Below, one piece after another: positions 17,954 to 28,361 of a stretch of 32,000 nt of DNA (position 1 is the first letter of the stretch; every line of letters starts with the position of its first letter). The stretch is from positions 2,520,001-2,552,000 of the forward strand of contig NZ_CP011041.1 in assembly GCF_002310835.1 (NCBI RefSeq). The letters run 5' to 3'. The position numbers and the translations under genes are program-made. Origin of the DNA: Pseudoalteromonas tetraodonis (GTDB lineage Bacteria > Pseudomonadota > Gammaproteobacteria > Enterobacterales > Alteromonadaceae). The notes beneath the pieces were generated by a model, which saw nothing but the letters and a program-made list of their open reading frames with translations, ran no database searches and had not been told where the DNA came from.

Positions 17954-20090
17954 TGTGCACCCCTTCTATCTGGTGTAACTTAGAAAGCACTTTATTTGTG
18001 CCTTGTAAGTCATGCACTTCTATTTGCATCACAAAAATAGCCGTTTGAGTGCTATCAACCGTGTTGACATTCATATTGAGCACATTGACTTTTTCATTCG
18101 CCAAAGCAGAACTAATATCACGAATTAAACCAGACCGATCGCTGGCTTCAATACGAATAGTTAACGCGTAGGAGCTGCTAATATCATCTGACCAACTTAC
18201 TGAAATAACGCGCTCTGGGTGCTTGTTTTTTAAATTACTAAACGAGTCACAATCCTCACGATGCACGGCAATGCCACGGCCTTGGGTAATATACCCAATA
18301 ATTTCATCCCCAGGTACAGGGCGGCAACAGCGAGCAACATGGCTCATTAAACTGCCTACTCCATCAACCACAATACCGTTTTTATCGCCAGTCACTTTAC
18401 TGGGCGATTTAAAGCGAATAACCGGCTCGTGCTCCGTTCTATCGGTAATAAAGTTGAGCATTTGGTTAAGGCGAATATCGCCTGCACCAATGGCGACCAT
18501 TAAGTCATCAAGCTCTCTAAAGTTAAAGCGCTTTATCGCTGGGTCTAAATCTTTGTAAGTTAACTCTAACTTTTGTAATTCGTTATCAAGGATTTCTTTA
18601 CCCGCGCTTAAATTTTTATCGCGGTCGAGCTGTTTAAACCAATGGTGGATTTTGGCTCTAGCGCGAGAAGACTTAATGTAACCTAACGACGGATTTAGCC
18701 AATCACGACTTGGATTTGGCTGCTTTTGGGTCAGTATTTCAACCTGATCGCCGGTACTTAATTGATGAGTAAACGGCACTATTTTGCCAAATATTTTTGC
18801 ACCAATACACCGATGCCCTACATTGGAGTGAATGTAGTAAGCAAAATCAAGAGGCGTTGCCCCTAGCGGTAAGTCAAAAATATCTCCACGTGGAGTAAAC
18901 ACATAGACGCGGTCTTCAACCACTTGGTTTTTAAGCTCTTGCGCTAAATCGCTGCCATCAACCACTTCTTCTTGCCATTGCAGTAACTTACGCAACCAGC
19001 TAATTTTTTGCTCATAGCCTGAACCACGCCCTGGTAACGCACCTTCTTTGTACATCCAATGTGCGGCAACGCCCAGCTCTGCATCTTGATGCATGTCGTG
19101 CGTTCGGATCTGAATCTCAACAGTTTTACCTTCGGGGCCAAATACTACGGTATGAATAGATTGATAGCCATTTTGTTTTGGGGTCGCAACGTAATCGTCA
19201 AATTCTTTATTTAAATGGCGCCAATTAGTGTGCACTATGCCTAGGGCACCGTAGCAATCTTGCAGGCGCTCAACCACAATTCGCATCGCGCGTATGTCAA
19301 ACAGCTGATCAAACTCGTAGTTCTTTTTCGCCATTTTTTTATAAATGCTGTAGATATGTTTTGGCCTGCCGTATACCTCGGCTTTAATACCCGCTTCATG
19401 TAGGCGCTGTTTTACTTGCTCAACCATATCAGCCATATACGCTTCACGGGCAAGGCGCTTATCATCAAGTTGTTTAGCTATATTTTTATAAATATCTGGG
19501 TGTAAATAGCGAAAAGCTAAATCCTCTAGCTCCCACTTTAATTGGCCAATACCAAGGCGATTAGCAAGCGGTGCAAATATATCCGCAGTCTCTTTGGCTG
19601 CAATCACTCGTTCTTCTTCAGCGGCGTCTTTTACGTTGCGTAAATGGCACACCTGTTCGGCTAATTTAATCACCACGGCACGCACATCTTCCACCATAGC
19701 AAGCAACATACGGCGAATATTATCGACCTGCACGGTACCATTGCCTTGATGAGCTAACGTACTTATGGTGGCCATTTGCGACACACCCGTTAATAACACC
19801 GCAACATGATTTCCTAAATGCTCTTCGACAGCGTCAATGCTCACTACATCATTTAAATAATAAGGGGTTAAATAGGCGGTGGCTAACGAGTCAGCATCTA
19901 AATTTAGCTCAACCAAAATCTCCACCATCTCTATGGCGGTATTTTGGCGTTCGCTGTTATCACAAGTTTGGCAAAGTTGCTGCGCTTTATTGAGTAAGCT
20001 AATTTTTTCCTGAGACAAATCAAGAGATTCTACGCGTGAAAAAAAATCACCCGCTTTGTCATGTTGATGAGATTGACGTGTCGCTACCAT
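17934..20090 (-). CDS. relA: GTP pyrophosphokinase ((p)ppGpp synthetase I)
   Basis: There is extensive by-eye identity with E. coli RelA: LANRLGIGQLKWELEDLAFRYLHP, YGRPKHIYSIYKKM, GYQSIHTVV and VEIQIRT. The C-terminus is ACT-like. Confidence 0.97.
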   Translation of the reverse strand: MVATRQSHQHDKAGDFFSRVESLDLSQEKISLLNKAQQLCQTCDNSERQNTAIEMVEILVELNLDADSLATAYLTPYYLNDVVSIDAVEEHLGNHVAVLLTGVSQMATISTLAHQGNGTVQVDNIRRMLLAMVEDVRAVVIKLAEQVCHLRNVKDAAEEERVIAAKETADIFAPLANRLGIGQLKWELEDLAFRYLHPDIYKNIAKQLDDKRLAREAYMADMVEQVKQRLHEAGIKAEVYGRPKHIYSIYKKMAKKNYEFDQLFDIRAMRIVVERLQDCYGALGIVHTNWRHLNKEFDDYVATPKQNGYQSIHTVVFGPEGKTVEIQIRTHDMHQDAELGVAAHWMYKEGALPGRGSGYEQKISWLRKLLQWQEEVVDGSDLAQELKNQVVEDRVYVFTPRGDIFDLPLGATPLDFAYYIHSNVGHRCIGAKIFGKIVPFTHQLSTGDQVEILTQKQPNPSRDWLNPSLGYIKSSRARAKIHHWFKQLDRDKNLSAGKEILDNELQKLELTYKDLDPAIKRFNFRELDDLMVAIGAGDIRLNQMLNFITDRTEHEPVIRFKSPSKVTGDKNGIVVDGVGSLMSHVARCCRPVPGDEIIGYITQGRGIAVHREDCDSFSNLKNKHPERVISVSWSDDISSSYALTIRIEASDRSGLIRDISSALANEKVNVLNMNVNTVDSTQTAIFVMQIEVHDLQGTNKVLSKLHQIEGVHSAKRGQ

Positions 20091-20098
20091 AATGCGCT

Positions 20099-21424
20099 TT
20101 ACCTCCGTTGAAATAACGCCATAGTTTCGATATGCCCCGTATGAGGGAACATATTCATTAGCCCTATTTTATTAAGTTCAAAGCCGGCTTGCGAAATAAT
20201 AGCGCTGTCACGGGCTAAAGTAACAGGGTCGCAAGAGACATATAAAATCGCTTTAAACTGCGTTAATGGAAGCTGCTCTAAAACTGCCATAGCACCAGTG
20301 CGAGAGGGGTCGAGTACTAAAATATCTAACTCTTTATTAAACCACGGCGCTTTTTTAATACTCGTGGTTAAATCAAAACAATGAAATTGAGTATTTGTAA
20401 TAGAGTTAGTGTGCGCATTTTGCGTCGCTAATGCAACCGCCGAAGTAACGCCTTCAATTCCTGTTACTGTTTTAGCCTGCTTTGCTAACACTAAAGAGAA
20501 GTTACCAATACCACAAAATAAATCCAGTACATTTTCATCACCTTGTAATGCTAACCAGCTCACCGCTTGAATTAACATTGCCTGATTTACACTCGCATTG
20601 ACCTGAATAAAGTTATTTAGTCCAAATTCAAATTTTATATCTAACTGATCAAGCTTATAAAATGGCATCGCTAAATGGGCATGATCAATGGTATCGCTAT
20701 CACTTTGCCACACTAATTGCCAATGATATGCCGAGACACTTTGCTCAACAAACGCTTTATCTGTGGGCGAAATGGCTTTTGTATGACGAATAACAATAAA
20801 GTGTTGCTCATCTGCAGCGCATAACTGCAAATGACTTATACTGTGCAGCGCCTTATTATGATTAATTATGTTATCAAATACGTTAAATACCTCTGCAAAT
20901 ACGTCACTTAATACTGGGCAATGATTAATGCTAACAATACTTTTAGAGCCACGTGCTCTATAGCCTACCCGCATTTTTTTTGCTGCTTTGTCGAACATTA
21001 CGGCAATGCGGGCACTACGTCGGTAATGCGTTGCTTGGCTTAGCAGCGGAGTTTGCCAGTTTAAATCGGTTAATTTTGCAAATTTGGCAAATAATTGATT
21101 TACTGCTGCTTGCTTTTCAACGACTTGTTGTGTGGCATCTAAATGCTGTAACTGACAACCACCGCATTGGCTGTAGTGTTCACAAATGGGTGTAGTGCGA
21201 TATTCACTGGCTTTGAGTATTTTAAGCGTGTCAGCTTGGCTGTAACGTGCTTTATCATCAACTAACTTGGCTTTTACTCGCTCACCAGGTAATGCCCCAC
21301 TGACAAAACACACTTTATTATTATGCTTAGCAATACCACGTCCGTGGTGATCCATTGCCGTTATATCAAGTTCAAGTGATTGCTGTTGAAGTGGTTTTTT
21401 ATTTGCTTTAAATATTTGTGCCAT
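20099..21424 (-). CDS. rlmD: 23S rRNA (uracil1939-C5)-methyltransferase
   Basis: An N-terminal TRAM-like region, the Fe-S cysteine cluster CEHYSQCGGCQLQH, the SAM motif LDLFCGIGNFSL, and the conserved rlmD-relA order. Confidence 0.92.
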   Translation of the reverse strand: MAQIFKANKKPLQQQSLELDITAMDHHGRGIAKHNNKVCFVSGALPGERVKAKLVDDKARYSQADTLKILKASEYRTTPICEHYSQCGGCQLQHLDATQQVVEKQAAVNQLFAKFAKLTDLNWQTPLLSQATHYRRSARIAVMFDKAAKKMRVGYRARGSKSIVSINHCPVLSDVFAEVFNVFDNIINHNKALHSISHLQLCAADEQHFIVIRHTKAISPTDKAFVEQSVSAYHWQLVWQSDSDTIDHAHLAMPFYKLDQLDIKFEFGLNNFIQVNASVNQAMLIQAVSWLALQGDENVLDLFCGIGNFSLVLAKQAKTVTGIEGVTSAVALATQNAHTNSITNTQFHCFDLTTSIKKAPWFNKELDILVLDPSRTGAMAVLEQLPLTQFKAILYVSCDPVTLARDSAIISQAGFELNKIGLMNMFPHTGHIETMALFQRR

Positions 21425-21535
21425 TAGGCATTACCTTAAAAGGTTGATGAATCACGTCTCTACCTAGATACTTTGAGAATAACTATGAGTATGTATATAC
21501 TCACATTCAATAAAAATGATAATAATGCTCAGATT

Positions 21536-24310
21536 ATGACCAAACTAGGCTTGCGCGATTCTGTTTTAACACTCACCCTGATCCCCACAGTGATCATCGG
21601 GCTATTACTAGGTGGTTATTTTACAATAAATCGTTACATTGAGCTTGATGAAATTTTATATCAACAAGGCACAACGATTGCTGAACCTCTGGCTATTGCA
21701 CTTGAACAACCTTTACTGGAAAAAAATAAAAAACTGCTTAATCGCATCATTCGCTATACACACAACAAACACTCCCCTTCGATTAAATCGATTGCCATCT
21801 TTAATGATAACAACCAACTTATTATAACCAGTAATTATCATCGCTCATTCGACACTTTAATTGAGCAAACGCAATTAAATGGCTTTAAAGCCACCTATGT
21901 TCAGCAAAGTGAAGACTTAGTAACTTTTTTCACCCCTATCATTAACCATACAACCCCCAATAGCGACTGGAATACTTCTGAGTTCCAAACCTCGTTGGGC
22001 ACCGTTGTGATTCAGCTTAACCGCGACAAAGCTGTTATTGGCCAACAACGTGCATTATTGGTCAGCGGTATTATTATTATTCTCGCCTTAGTATTAGCCG
22101 CTATTTTAGCGCTAAGACTTAGTCGGATGTTTATGACCCCGCTTAATAAGTTAGTACTTGCTACCGACAGGTTGATTGAAGGTAAAAGACAAACCGGATT
22201 AACTGAACCCATGAATGGCGAGTTTGAGTTATTACGTGAGGGGCTCAATACCATCTCGCATTCTATGGTGATGCAAAAAGATGAAATGCAAAAAAATATT
22301 GATCAGGCAACCAGCGATTACCGCGAAACGCTTGAACAATACGAAACACAAAATATCCAGCTCACCATGGCTAAAAAAGAAGCGCAAGATGCTAACCGTG
22401 TTAAATCTGACTTCTTAGCTAAAATGAGTCATGAGTTACGCACCCCACTTAACGGGGTTATTGGATTTACCCGTCAGCTTTATAAAACGCCTCTGAATAA
22501 AAACCAAAAAGATTACCTTGATACCATAGAGCTTTCGGCTAACAGCTTAATGACTATTATTAGTGACATATTAGATTTCTCCAAGTTAGAAGCAGGAGCC
22601 ATGGAGCTTGAGTCTATTCAGTTTCAACTGCGCGATAGCGTAAACGAAGTTATGACCTTACTGGCACCTAGCGCACACGACAAACAACTTGAGCTTTCTA
22701 TTTATATTAATCCTCAGGTGCCCGACCACTTAACCGGCGACCCCACACGGTTTAAACAAGTGCTGATTAACTTGTTAAGTAACGCAATTAAATTTACTGA
22801 AAAAGGCGCGATAAAAGTTGATATTAGCCATCGTTTGCTTGATGAAGAGCGCACCTCTGTCTTAGTGTCAGTCGCAGATACTGGGGTAGGTATTCCAGCA
22901 GATAAACAAGACGCGCTATTCACCGCCTTTGGTCAAGCCGACTCCAGTATTACCCGCAAATTTGGCGGTACCGGCTTAGGGCTTATTATTACTAAACATA
23001 TCGTTGAAGCAATGAGCGGCCGTATTACCTTAAATTCAGCCCCTGGTAGCGGTACTTGTTTTACCTTTAATGGCGTATTTAGATTACCAAATCATGTATT
23101 TATCAACGATTTGCCTACCCAGTCATTAATTGGTAAACGTGTTCTTTATTTAGAGCCGCATAAGCATACCCATCATGCTGTTGCCTCATTATTACAAGAG
23201 TGGAAAGTCAGTGTCACTCCTTGCTATAACGAAACCGAATTTTTAGAGTGCATAAAAAATTCAGAGATCAATTTTGATATTTGTCTTATTGGTCACATGG
23301 CATCAGTTGACGATATGCAGCGTTTAAAAAGCTATGTAAAAGCGGTTAGAGAATCAACCGATTATTTATATTTAATGCTCAATACCGTATCGCACAACAT
23401 GCGCGAAGCCTTCATCGGCAGCGGCGCTGACGCCTGTTTGAGTAAACCTCTTAATCACCGAAAGCTATGTGAGCTATTAGCTGCGCCTTATCGACTCGAC
23501 CACCCGGCACATAATATAGAACAGCATGAACAAACCCTGCTGCCGCTAAAGGTGTTAGTGGTGGATGATAATGACGCTAATTTAAAATTAATTTACACCC
23601 TACTCAACGAGCAAGTTGAATTAATTGATACCGCACATAATGGGTCACAAGCGTATAGTTTAAGCAAAAGCCATAAATATGATGTGATTTTTATGGATAT
23701 TCAAATGCCTATAATGGATGGTATTACAGCCTGTAAACTCATTAAAGAGTCATCTTTGAATGAAGATACCCCTATTATTGCCGTGACGGCGCATGCACTT
23801 AATAGTGAAAAAGAACAGTTATTAAAAGATGGTTTTGAAGGTTATTTAACTAAGCCTATCGATGAAGATATGCTAAACCAGATTATTTGCGATCATAGCC
23901 CGCAATTACCAGTGAGTCGTGATAAGTCAAAAAGCACATTTGAACATAGCCCTGCCCCTTTTGATAGCACTCGGCTTGATTGGACGCTGGCATTGCAACG
24001 TGCAGGCGGTAAAGCAGAATTAGCCAATGAAATGCTTAATATGTTACTGCTAAGCGTGCCCGAAACCCTAAACTTACTAAATCAAGCAATAAGCAGCGAA
24101 GATTGCCCTCAAGTACTTAGCGTTATCCATAAATTTCATGGCGCATGCTGCTATACAGGTGTACCAAAATTAAAAACATTGGCTGAAACGATCGAAACAT
24201 CACTTAAAAATGAATGTACGCTTGAGAATATTGAGCCCGAGTTATTTGAGTTGCAAGACGAGCTTGAAAACTTACTTGTTGATGCCAACATTGATATCAG
24301 TAATAAATAA
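21536..24310 (+). CDS. barA: Hybrid sensor histidine kinase BarA (GacS family)
   Basis: The start is set to the ATG at 21536 (MTKLGLRDSVLTLTLIPTVIIGLLLGGYF, compare the E. coli BarA N-terminus). Domain motifs are the H-box SHELRTPLNG, the G-boxes DTGVGI and GGTGLGL, the receiver DVIFMDIQMP, and the HPt HKFHGACCYTG. It is divergent from rlmD, as in E. coli. Confidence 0.93.
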   Translation: MTKLGLRDSVLTLTLIPTVIIGLLLGGYFTINRYIELDEILYQQGTTIAEPLAIALEQPLLEKNKKLLNRIIRYTHNKHSPSIKSIAIFNDNNQLIITSNYHRSFDTLIEQTQLNGFKATYVQQSEDLVTFFTPIINHTTPNSDWNTSEFQTSLGTVVIQLNRDKAVIGQQRALLVSGIIIILALVLAAILALRLSRMFMTPLNKLVLATDRLIEGKRQTGLTEPMNGEFELLREGLNTISHSMVMQKDEMQKNIDQATSDYRETLEQYETQNIQLTMAKKEAQDANRVKSDFLAKMSHELRTPLNGVIGFTRQLYKTPLNKNQKDYLDTIELSANSLMTIISDILDFSKLEAGAMELESIQFQLRDSVNEVMTLLAPSAHDKQLELSIYINPQVPDHLTGDPTRFKQVLINLLSNAIKFTEKGAIKVDISHRLLDEERTSVLVSVADTGVGIPADKQDALFTAFGQADSSITRKFGGTGLGLIITKHIVEAMSGRITLNSAPGSGTCFTFNGVFRLPNHVFINDLPTQSLIGKRVLYLEPHKHTHHAVASLLQEWKVSVTPCYNETEFLECIKNSEINFDICLIGHMASVDDMQRLKSYVKAVRESTDYLYLMLNTVSHNMREAFIGSGADACLSKPLNHRKLCELLAAPYRLDHPAHNIEQHEQTLLPLKVLVVDDNDANLKLIYTLLNEQVELIDTAHNGSQAYSLSKSHKYDVIFMDIQMPIMDGITACKLIKESSLNEDTPIIAVTAHALNSEKEQLLKDGFEGYLTKPIDEDMLNQIICDHSPQLPVSRDKSKSTFEHSPAPFDSTRLDWTLALQRAGGKAELANEMLNMLLLSVPETLNLLNQAISSEDCPQVLSVIHKFHGACCYTGVPKLKTLAETIETSLKNECTLENIEPELFELQDELENLLVDANIDISNK

Positions 24311-24339
24311 GCTCGTCTTTAATATTGTTAATTATAACT

Positions 24340-25071
24340 TTACGCGCGAGCTTCAAGCATTAAGCGTTTCATATCACGAACCGCTTTATCTAAACCGTCA
24401 ATGGCTGCGCGGGCAATAATAGCGTGGCCAATGTTTAGCTCATAAATCTCTGGCATCGCTGCAATTGGTTTTACATTTTGATAATGCAGACCATGGCCAG
24501 CATTAACAATTAAACCAATACTGGCTGCATATTTCACGCCTTGGCGAATGTGCTCGAGCTCTTTGGCGGTGTCTTCATCGTTGGTGGCATCTGCGTAAGC
24601 CCCAGTGTGAATTTCAACATAAGGTGCACCACACGCTTTTGCTGCATCTAACTGCGCTTTATCAGCATCAATAAACAGTGATACTTTAATTCCAGCTTGC
24701 GTTAATGTTTTAGTTGCAGCGGCTATTTTATCGATATTGCCTGCCACATCTAAGCCCCCTTCAGTGGTAAGCTCTTCACGTTTTTCAGGCACTAAGCATA
24801 CATATTCAGGTTTAACCTCAAGTGCAATAGCAATCATTTCATCGGTTACTGCGGTTTCAAGGTTCATACGTGTTTGAATAGTTTTAGCCATTACATACAC
24901 ATCGCGGTCTTGAATGTGTCTGCGGTCTTCGCGTAAATGAATAGTAATGCCATCAGCACCGGCATGCTCTGCAACACTTGCTGCATGGGCAGGATCAGGA
25001 TAAGAAGTGCCTCGTGCTTGGCGAAGCGTTGCAATATGATCTACGTTCACGCCTAGAAGAATATCTTTCAT
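24340..25071 (-). CDS. pdxJ: Pyridoxine 5'-phosphate synthase
   Basis: [16 protein letters not shown].., a length of 243 aa, and the conserved recO-pdxJ order. Confidence 0.96.
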   Translation of the reverse strand: MKDILLGVNVDHIATLRQARGTSYPDPAHAASVAEHAGADGITIHLREDRRHIQDRDVYVMAKTIQTRMNLETAVTDEMIAIALEVKPEYVCLVPEKREELTTEGGLDVAGNIDKIAAATKTLTQAGIKVSLFIDADKAQLDAAKACGAPYVEIHTGAYADATNDEDTAKELEHIRQGVKYAASIGLIVNAGHGLHYQNVKPIAAMPEIYELNIGHAIIARAAIDGLDKAVRDMKRLMLEARA

Positions 25072-25092
25072 TTTTGTACCTGTGAAATTTGT

Positions 25093-25785
25093 TTATTGAG
25101 AGGCCGTAAATAATTCACGACTTTTTAATGGTTTGTTGCCCAACAATGGTTTTAATAAATAACGACTTAATTGCTTTGCCATATATAACACATCCGCTTG
25201 GCTAAAGTCATGATTTGCTATGGCATTGAGTTGTGAACCAGTAAACCCAGAACGCGAGTCGTGTTGCACCGCAAAGCCCACTTCTGCAAAGTAGCTATAC
25301 GTTTGCGTGTCATCAATTGGCTCACCATCCGCATCAAAACTAAAATCAACCCCATAACCTAGTAGCTCTAGCAATTGAAACTCATAAGAGCGAAGCACTG
25401 CTTGCATGTCAGTCCCGCTATTAAGGTTTTCTAGGTGAGTTTTATAAAGTTGAAAAACCTGATCAATGGGTTCATTAATCGGCACAATTCGGTTGGTTAA
25501 TTCATTTAAATAAAAGCCACAGTAAAGCTTATCACCGGTTAAAAATAACGGATTACCATGAAGCTCAAATTTATTGATGTACTTTAAATCGTATTTGCCA
25601 TTGTAATGGACGAGTAAGGCGTGAAATGGTTGGAGTTGAGCTTTGTATTTAGTGGCCTGACGGCCACTAACTCGTGCGAGCATTCTAAGCTGGCCAACGC
25701 CTTCTACTAGCATATCGAGCATTACTTGCGAGTCGCTATATGGACGCCGATGTAATAAATAAGCTTTATAGAAATCGCTGTCCAT
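25093..25785 (-). CDS. recO: DNA repair protein RecO
   Basis: 230 aa with an N-terminal AYLLHRRPYSDSQVMLDMLVEGVGQLRMLARV pattern like RecO. It sits at the conserved position between era and pdxJ. Confidence 0.88.
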   Translation of the reverse strand: MDSDFYKAYLLHRRPYSDSQVMLDMLVEGVGQLRMLARVSGRQATKYKAQLQPFHALLVHYNGKYDLKYINKFELHGNPLFLTGDKLYCGFYLNELTNRIVPINEPIDQVFQLYKTHLENLNSGTDMQAVLRSYEFQLLELLGYGVDFSFDADGEPIDDTQTYSYFAEVGFAVQHDSRSGFTGSQLNAIANHDFSQADVLYMAKQLSRYLLKPLLGNKPLKSRELFTASQ

Positions 25786-25807
25786 AAATTATGCTGCGTA
25801 TAAAATG

Positions 25808-26740
25808 TTAATCTTCACCGTAACCTAAGCTTCTTAAGGCACGCTCATCGTCAGCCCAGCCCGATTTAACTTTAACCCACAGTTCTAAAAACACTTTATT
25901 TTCAAGCATTTCCTCTAAGTCTTTACGCGCTTCACGGCCGATTACTTTTAGCTTTTCGCCTTTGTTACCAATTACCATGCGCTTTTGCGTTTCACGCTCA
26001 ACTAGTATCAGGCCATTAATATGCCAAATACCGTTTTCTTGCCATTTAAACTGCTCTATTTCCACAGTCACTGAATACGGTAACTCTTCACCCATAAAGC
26101 GCATTAGCTTTTCACGGATAACTTCAGCCGCCATAAAGCGCATTGAGCGGTCAGTTACGTAGTCATCAGGAAAATAAAATTCGCACGGTGGTAAGCGCTT
26201 AGTCACTTCTTCTTTGATCAGGTTAATGTTTTTACCCTGAGTCGCAGATACGGGCATAATACCAACAAAATCAAACTTATCGCCTAAAAACTTCATATGT
26301 GGAAGTACAAGGTCGCGATCTTTCACTTGGTCAATTTTGTTAATAACTAACAATACCGGCTTGCCACTTTGGCTTACTTTGTTAAGTACCATGTCGTCAT
26401 CGGCATTCCAATGAGTGCCTTCAACCACAAAAATGATCAGCTCAACATCACCAATTGAGCTAGACGCTGCACGGTTCATTAAACGGTTAATAGCACGCTT
26501 TTCTTCAACGTGCAGGCCTGGGGTATCGACGTACACCGCTTGGTGCTTACCCTCAGTATGAATACCCATAATACGGTGGCGCGTGGTTTGTGGCTTACGT
26601 GAGGTAATACTGACTTTTTGCTCAATAATTTCATTAAGCAGTGTTGATTTACCCACATTAGGACGGCCAACAATCGCAACCATGCCACAAAATGTGTCTA
26701 TTTCGCCTTCATGAGGCTGTATTAAGGTATCAAGATTCAT
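25808..26740 (-). CDS. era: GTPase Era
   Basis: G1 [10 protein letters not shown]3 DTPG, G4 NKID and a C-terminal KH domain. The start ATG at 26740 overlaps the rnc stop region by 11 nt. Confidence 0.95.
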   Translation of the reverse strand: MNLDTLIQPHEGEIDTFCGMVAIVGRPNVGKSTLLNEIIEQKVSITSRKPQTTRHRIMGIHTEGKHQAVYVDTPGLHVEEKRAINRLMNRAASSSIGDVELIIFVVEGTHWNADDDMVLNKVSQSGKPVLLVINKIDQVKDRDLVLPHMKFLGDKFDFVGIMPVSATQGKNINLIKEEVTKRLPPCEFYFPDDYVTDRSMRFMAAEVIREKLMRFMGEELPYSVTVEIEQFKWQENGIWHINGLILVERETQKRMVIGNKGEKLKVIGREARKDLEEMLENKVFLELWVKVKSGWADDERALRSLGYGED

Positions 26741-27407
26741 TTTTAAGTATCTTCAATGCTTTTTCGGCCGCTTTTTGTTCGGCTTTACGCCGTGAGCTGC
26801 CAACAGAAATAATGCTATCCATTCCATCAACGATACATTCAACCGTGAATGTTTGATTGTGTGCCTGACCTTTAGTATCAACTACGGTGTAGCCTGGTAA
26901 TGATAGCTTACGAGCTTGCAAATACTCTTGCAGCAGGGTCTTAGGATCTTTTTGGTTAAGCCCTGGTGAAATAGCATCTAAACGTGATTCATACCACGCT
27001 AAAATAAGCTCGCCGCAGCGATCTATGTCTGAATCTAAAAATACAGCGCCAATAATAGCTTCAACTGCATCCGCTAGGGTTGACTCGCGTCTAAAACCAC
27101 CACTTTTTAGCTCGCCAGGACCTAAGCGTAGGTAATCACCAAGCTCAAATTCAAGGCCAAATTCAGCTAACGTCTGACCGCGAACTAAAGTCGAACGCAT
27201 TCGACTTAAATCGCCTTCGCGTGCTTTAGGAAATTTAGCGTACAGCGCATTGGCAATGACAAAGCTCAAAATTGAGTCGCCCAAAAATTCGAGTCGCTCG
27301 TTATGTTGACCTTTGTGGCTGCGATGCGTCATTGCTTGCTCAAGTAACCCTTGATCAGCAAATGTGTAGCCAATTCTTTTGTATAACTCTGTTACATTTT
27401 TTTTCAT
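26730..27407 (-). CDS. rnc: Ribonuclease III
   Basis: The signature [11 protein letters not shown] and a C-terminal dsRBD (..[16 protein letters not shown]). 225 aa. Confidence 0.97.
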   Translation of the reverse strand: MKKNVTELYKRIGYTFADQGLLEQAMTHRSHKGQHNERLEFLGDSILSFVIANALYAKFPKAREGDLSRMRSTLVRGQTLAEFGLEFELGDYLRLGPGELKSGGFRRESTLADAVEAIIGAVFLDSDIDRCGELILAWYESRLDAISPGLNQKDPKTLLQEYLQARKLSLPGYTVVDTKGQAHNQTFTVECIVDGMDSIISVGSSRRKAEQKAAEKALKILKNES

Positions 27408-27409
27408 TG

Positions 27410-28345
27410 TTACTGAATATTACCTAGGCGTTCAAAACGAACACCAGTTGGAACCCATCCTGGTAAAATGTCATCTGGGCCATTATCAAATTCAAAACTC
27501 ATCCATATAAAGACAGCTTTACCCACCAAGTTTTCTTTTGGTACAAAGCCCCAAAAGCGACTATCTTGGCTGTTATCGCGATTATCACCCATCATAAAGT
27601 AATGATCAGCTGGAACCACCCATTCATCCGCAGGTGTGCCCAATTGCTGGTAGTAACGCCCCTTACGTTCAGGCGATTTTGGGTTGATTAAAATGTCATG
27701 GTTAGTCGTTGTTAAATCTTCATTTAAACGCGCTAAATCCATTGGGCCTTGCTTAAATTCATTATCATTAATTAATTTAAAATCAATTTTATTGAATTCA
27801 TTACAAAGAAGTGCGCCCTTTTGAACTTCACCTTCTTCGCATTTTGGTTGAATATATAAACGCTTATCACGATAAACAATTTTATCGCCAGGTAAACCTA
27901 TAGCACGTTTAATATAGTCCACTCTCTCATCTAACGGGTATTTAAAAACAACAATATCGCCACGCTCTGGTTCGCTTACATCCACTAATTGGCTGCGCCA
28001 TACTGGGTCTTTAATCCCATAAGAATACTTTTGCACTAAAATAAAATCCCCCACTAATAAGGTGGGCATCATTGAACCCGATGGGATCTGAAACGGCTCA
28101 AAAATAAATGATCTAAAAATAGTGATAGCAGCAATCATCGGAAAAATCGACTTTGCTGTTTCAGTAATCATTGGCTCAGGCGCAATCAATGCTGCGGTTT
28201 CTTCATCAAGTTGACCACCGGCAGAAGTTTGAGCAATTGCTAAACGTTCCTGCCTCTTAGGGGCAAACATTAAGTGATCTATTAACCATATTAGACCTGA
28301 GCCTAAAGTTAACAACACCAATAAAACTGAAAAGTAGCCAGCCAT
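27410..28345 (-). CDS. lepB: Signal peptidase I
   Basis: The catalytic Ser box PSGSMMPTL, the Lys box [11 protein letters not shown], and [17 protein letters not shown]. Confidence 0.96.
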   Translation of the reverse strand: MAGYFSVLLVLLTLGSGLIWLIDHLMFAPKRQERLAIAQTSAGGQLDEETAALIAPEPMITETAKSIFPMIAAITIFRSFIFEPFQIPSGSMMPTLLVGDFILVQKYSYGIKDPVWRSQLVDVSEPERGDIVVFKYPLDERVDYIKRAIGLPGDKIVYRDKRLYIQPKCEEGEVQKGALLCNEFNKIDFKLINDNEFKQGPMDLARLNEDLTTTNHDILINPKSPERKGRYYQQLGTPADEWVVPADHYFMMGDNRDNSQDSRFWGFVPKENLVGKAVFIWMSFEFDNGPDDILPGWVPTGVRFERLGNIQ

Positions 28346-28361
28346 TTATTATCCTTTATTT

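Noticed and set aside
18223-18558. Antisense ORFs inside relA (111 aa), lepA (29473..29802, 109 aa), rlmD (20953..21195), barA (22012..22254 and 22714..22923), ptsP (10355..10558), mutH (12477..12722) and others
   Set aside because: All are fully nested opposite well-supported conserved genes. None has a motif, Shine-Dalgarno sequence or signal sequence, so they are treated as chance ORFs.
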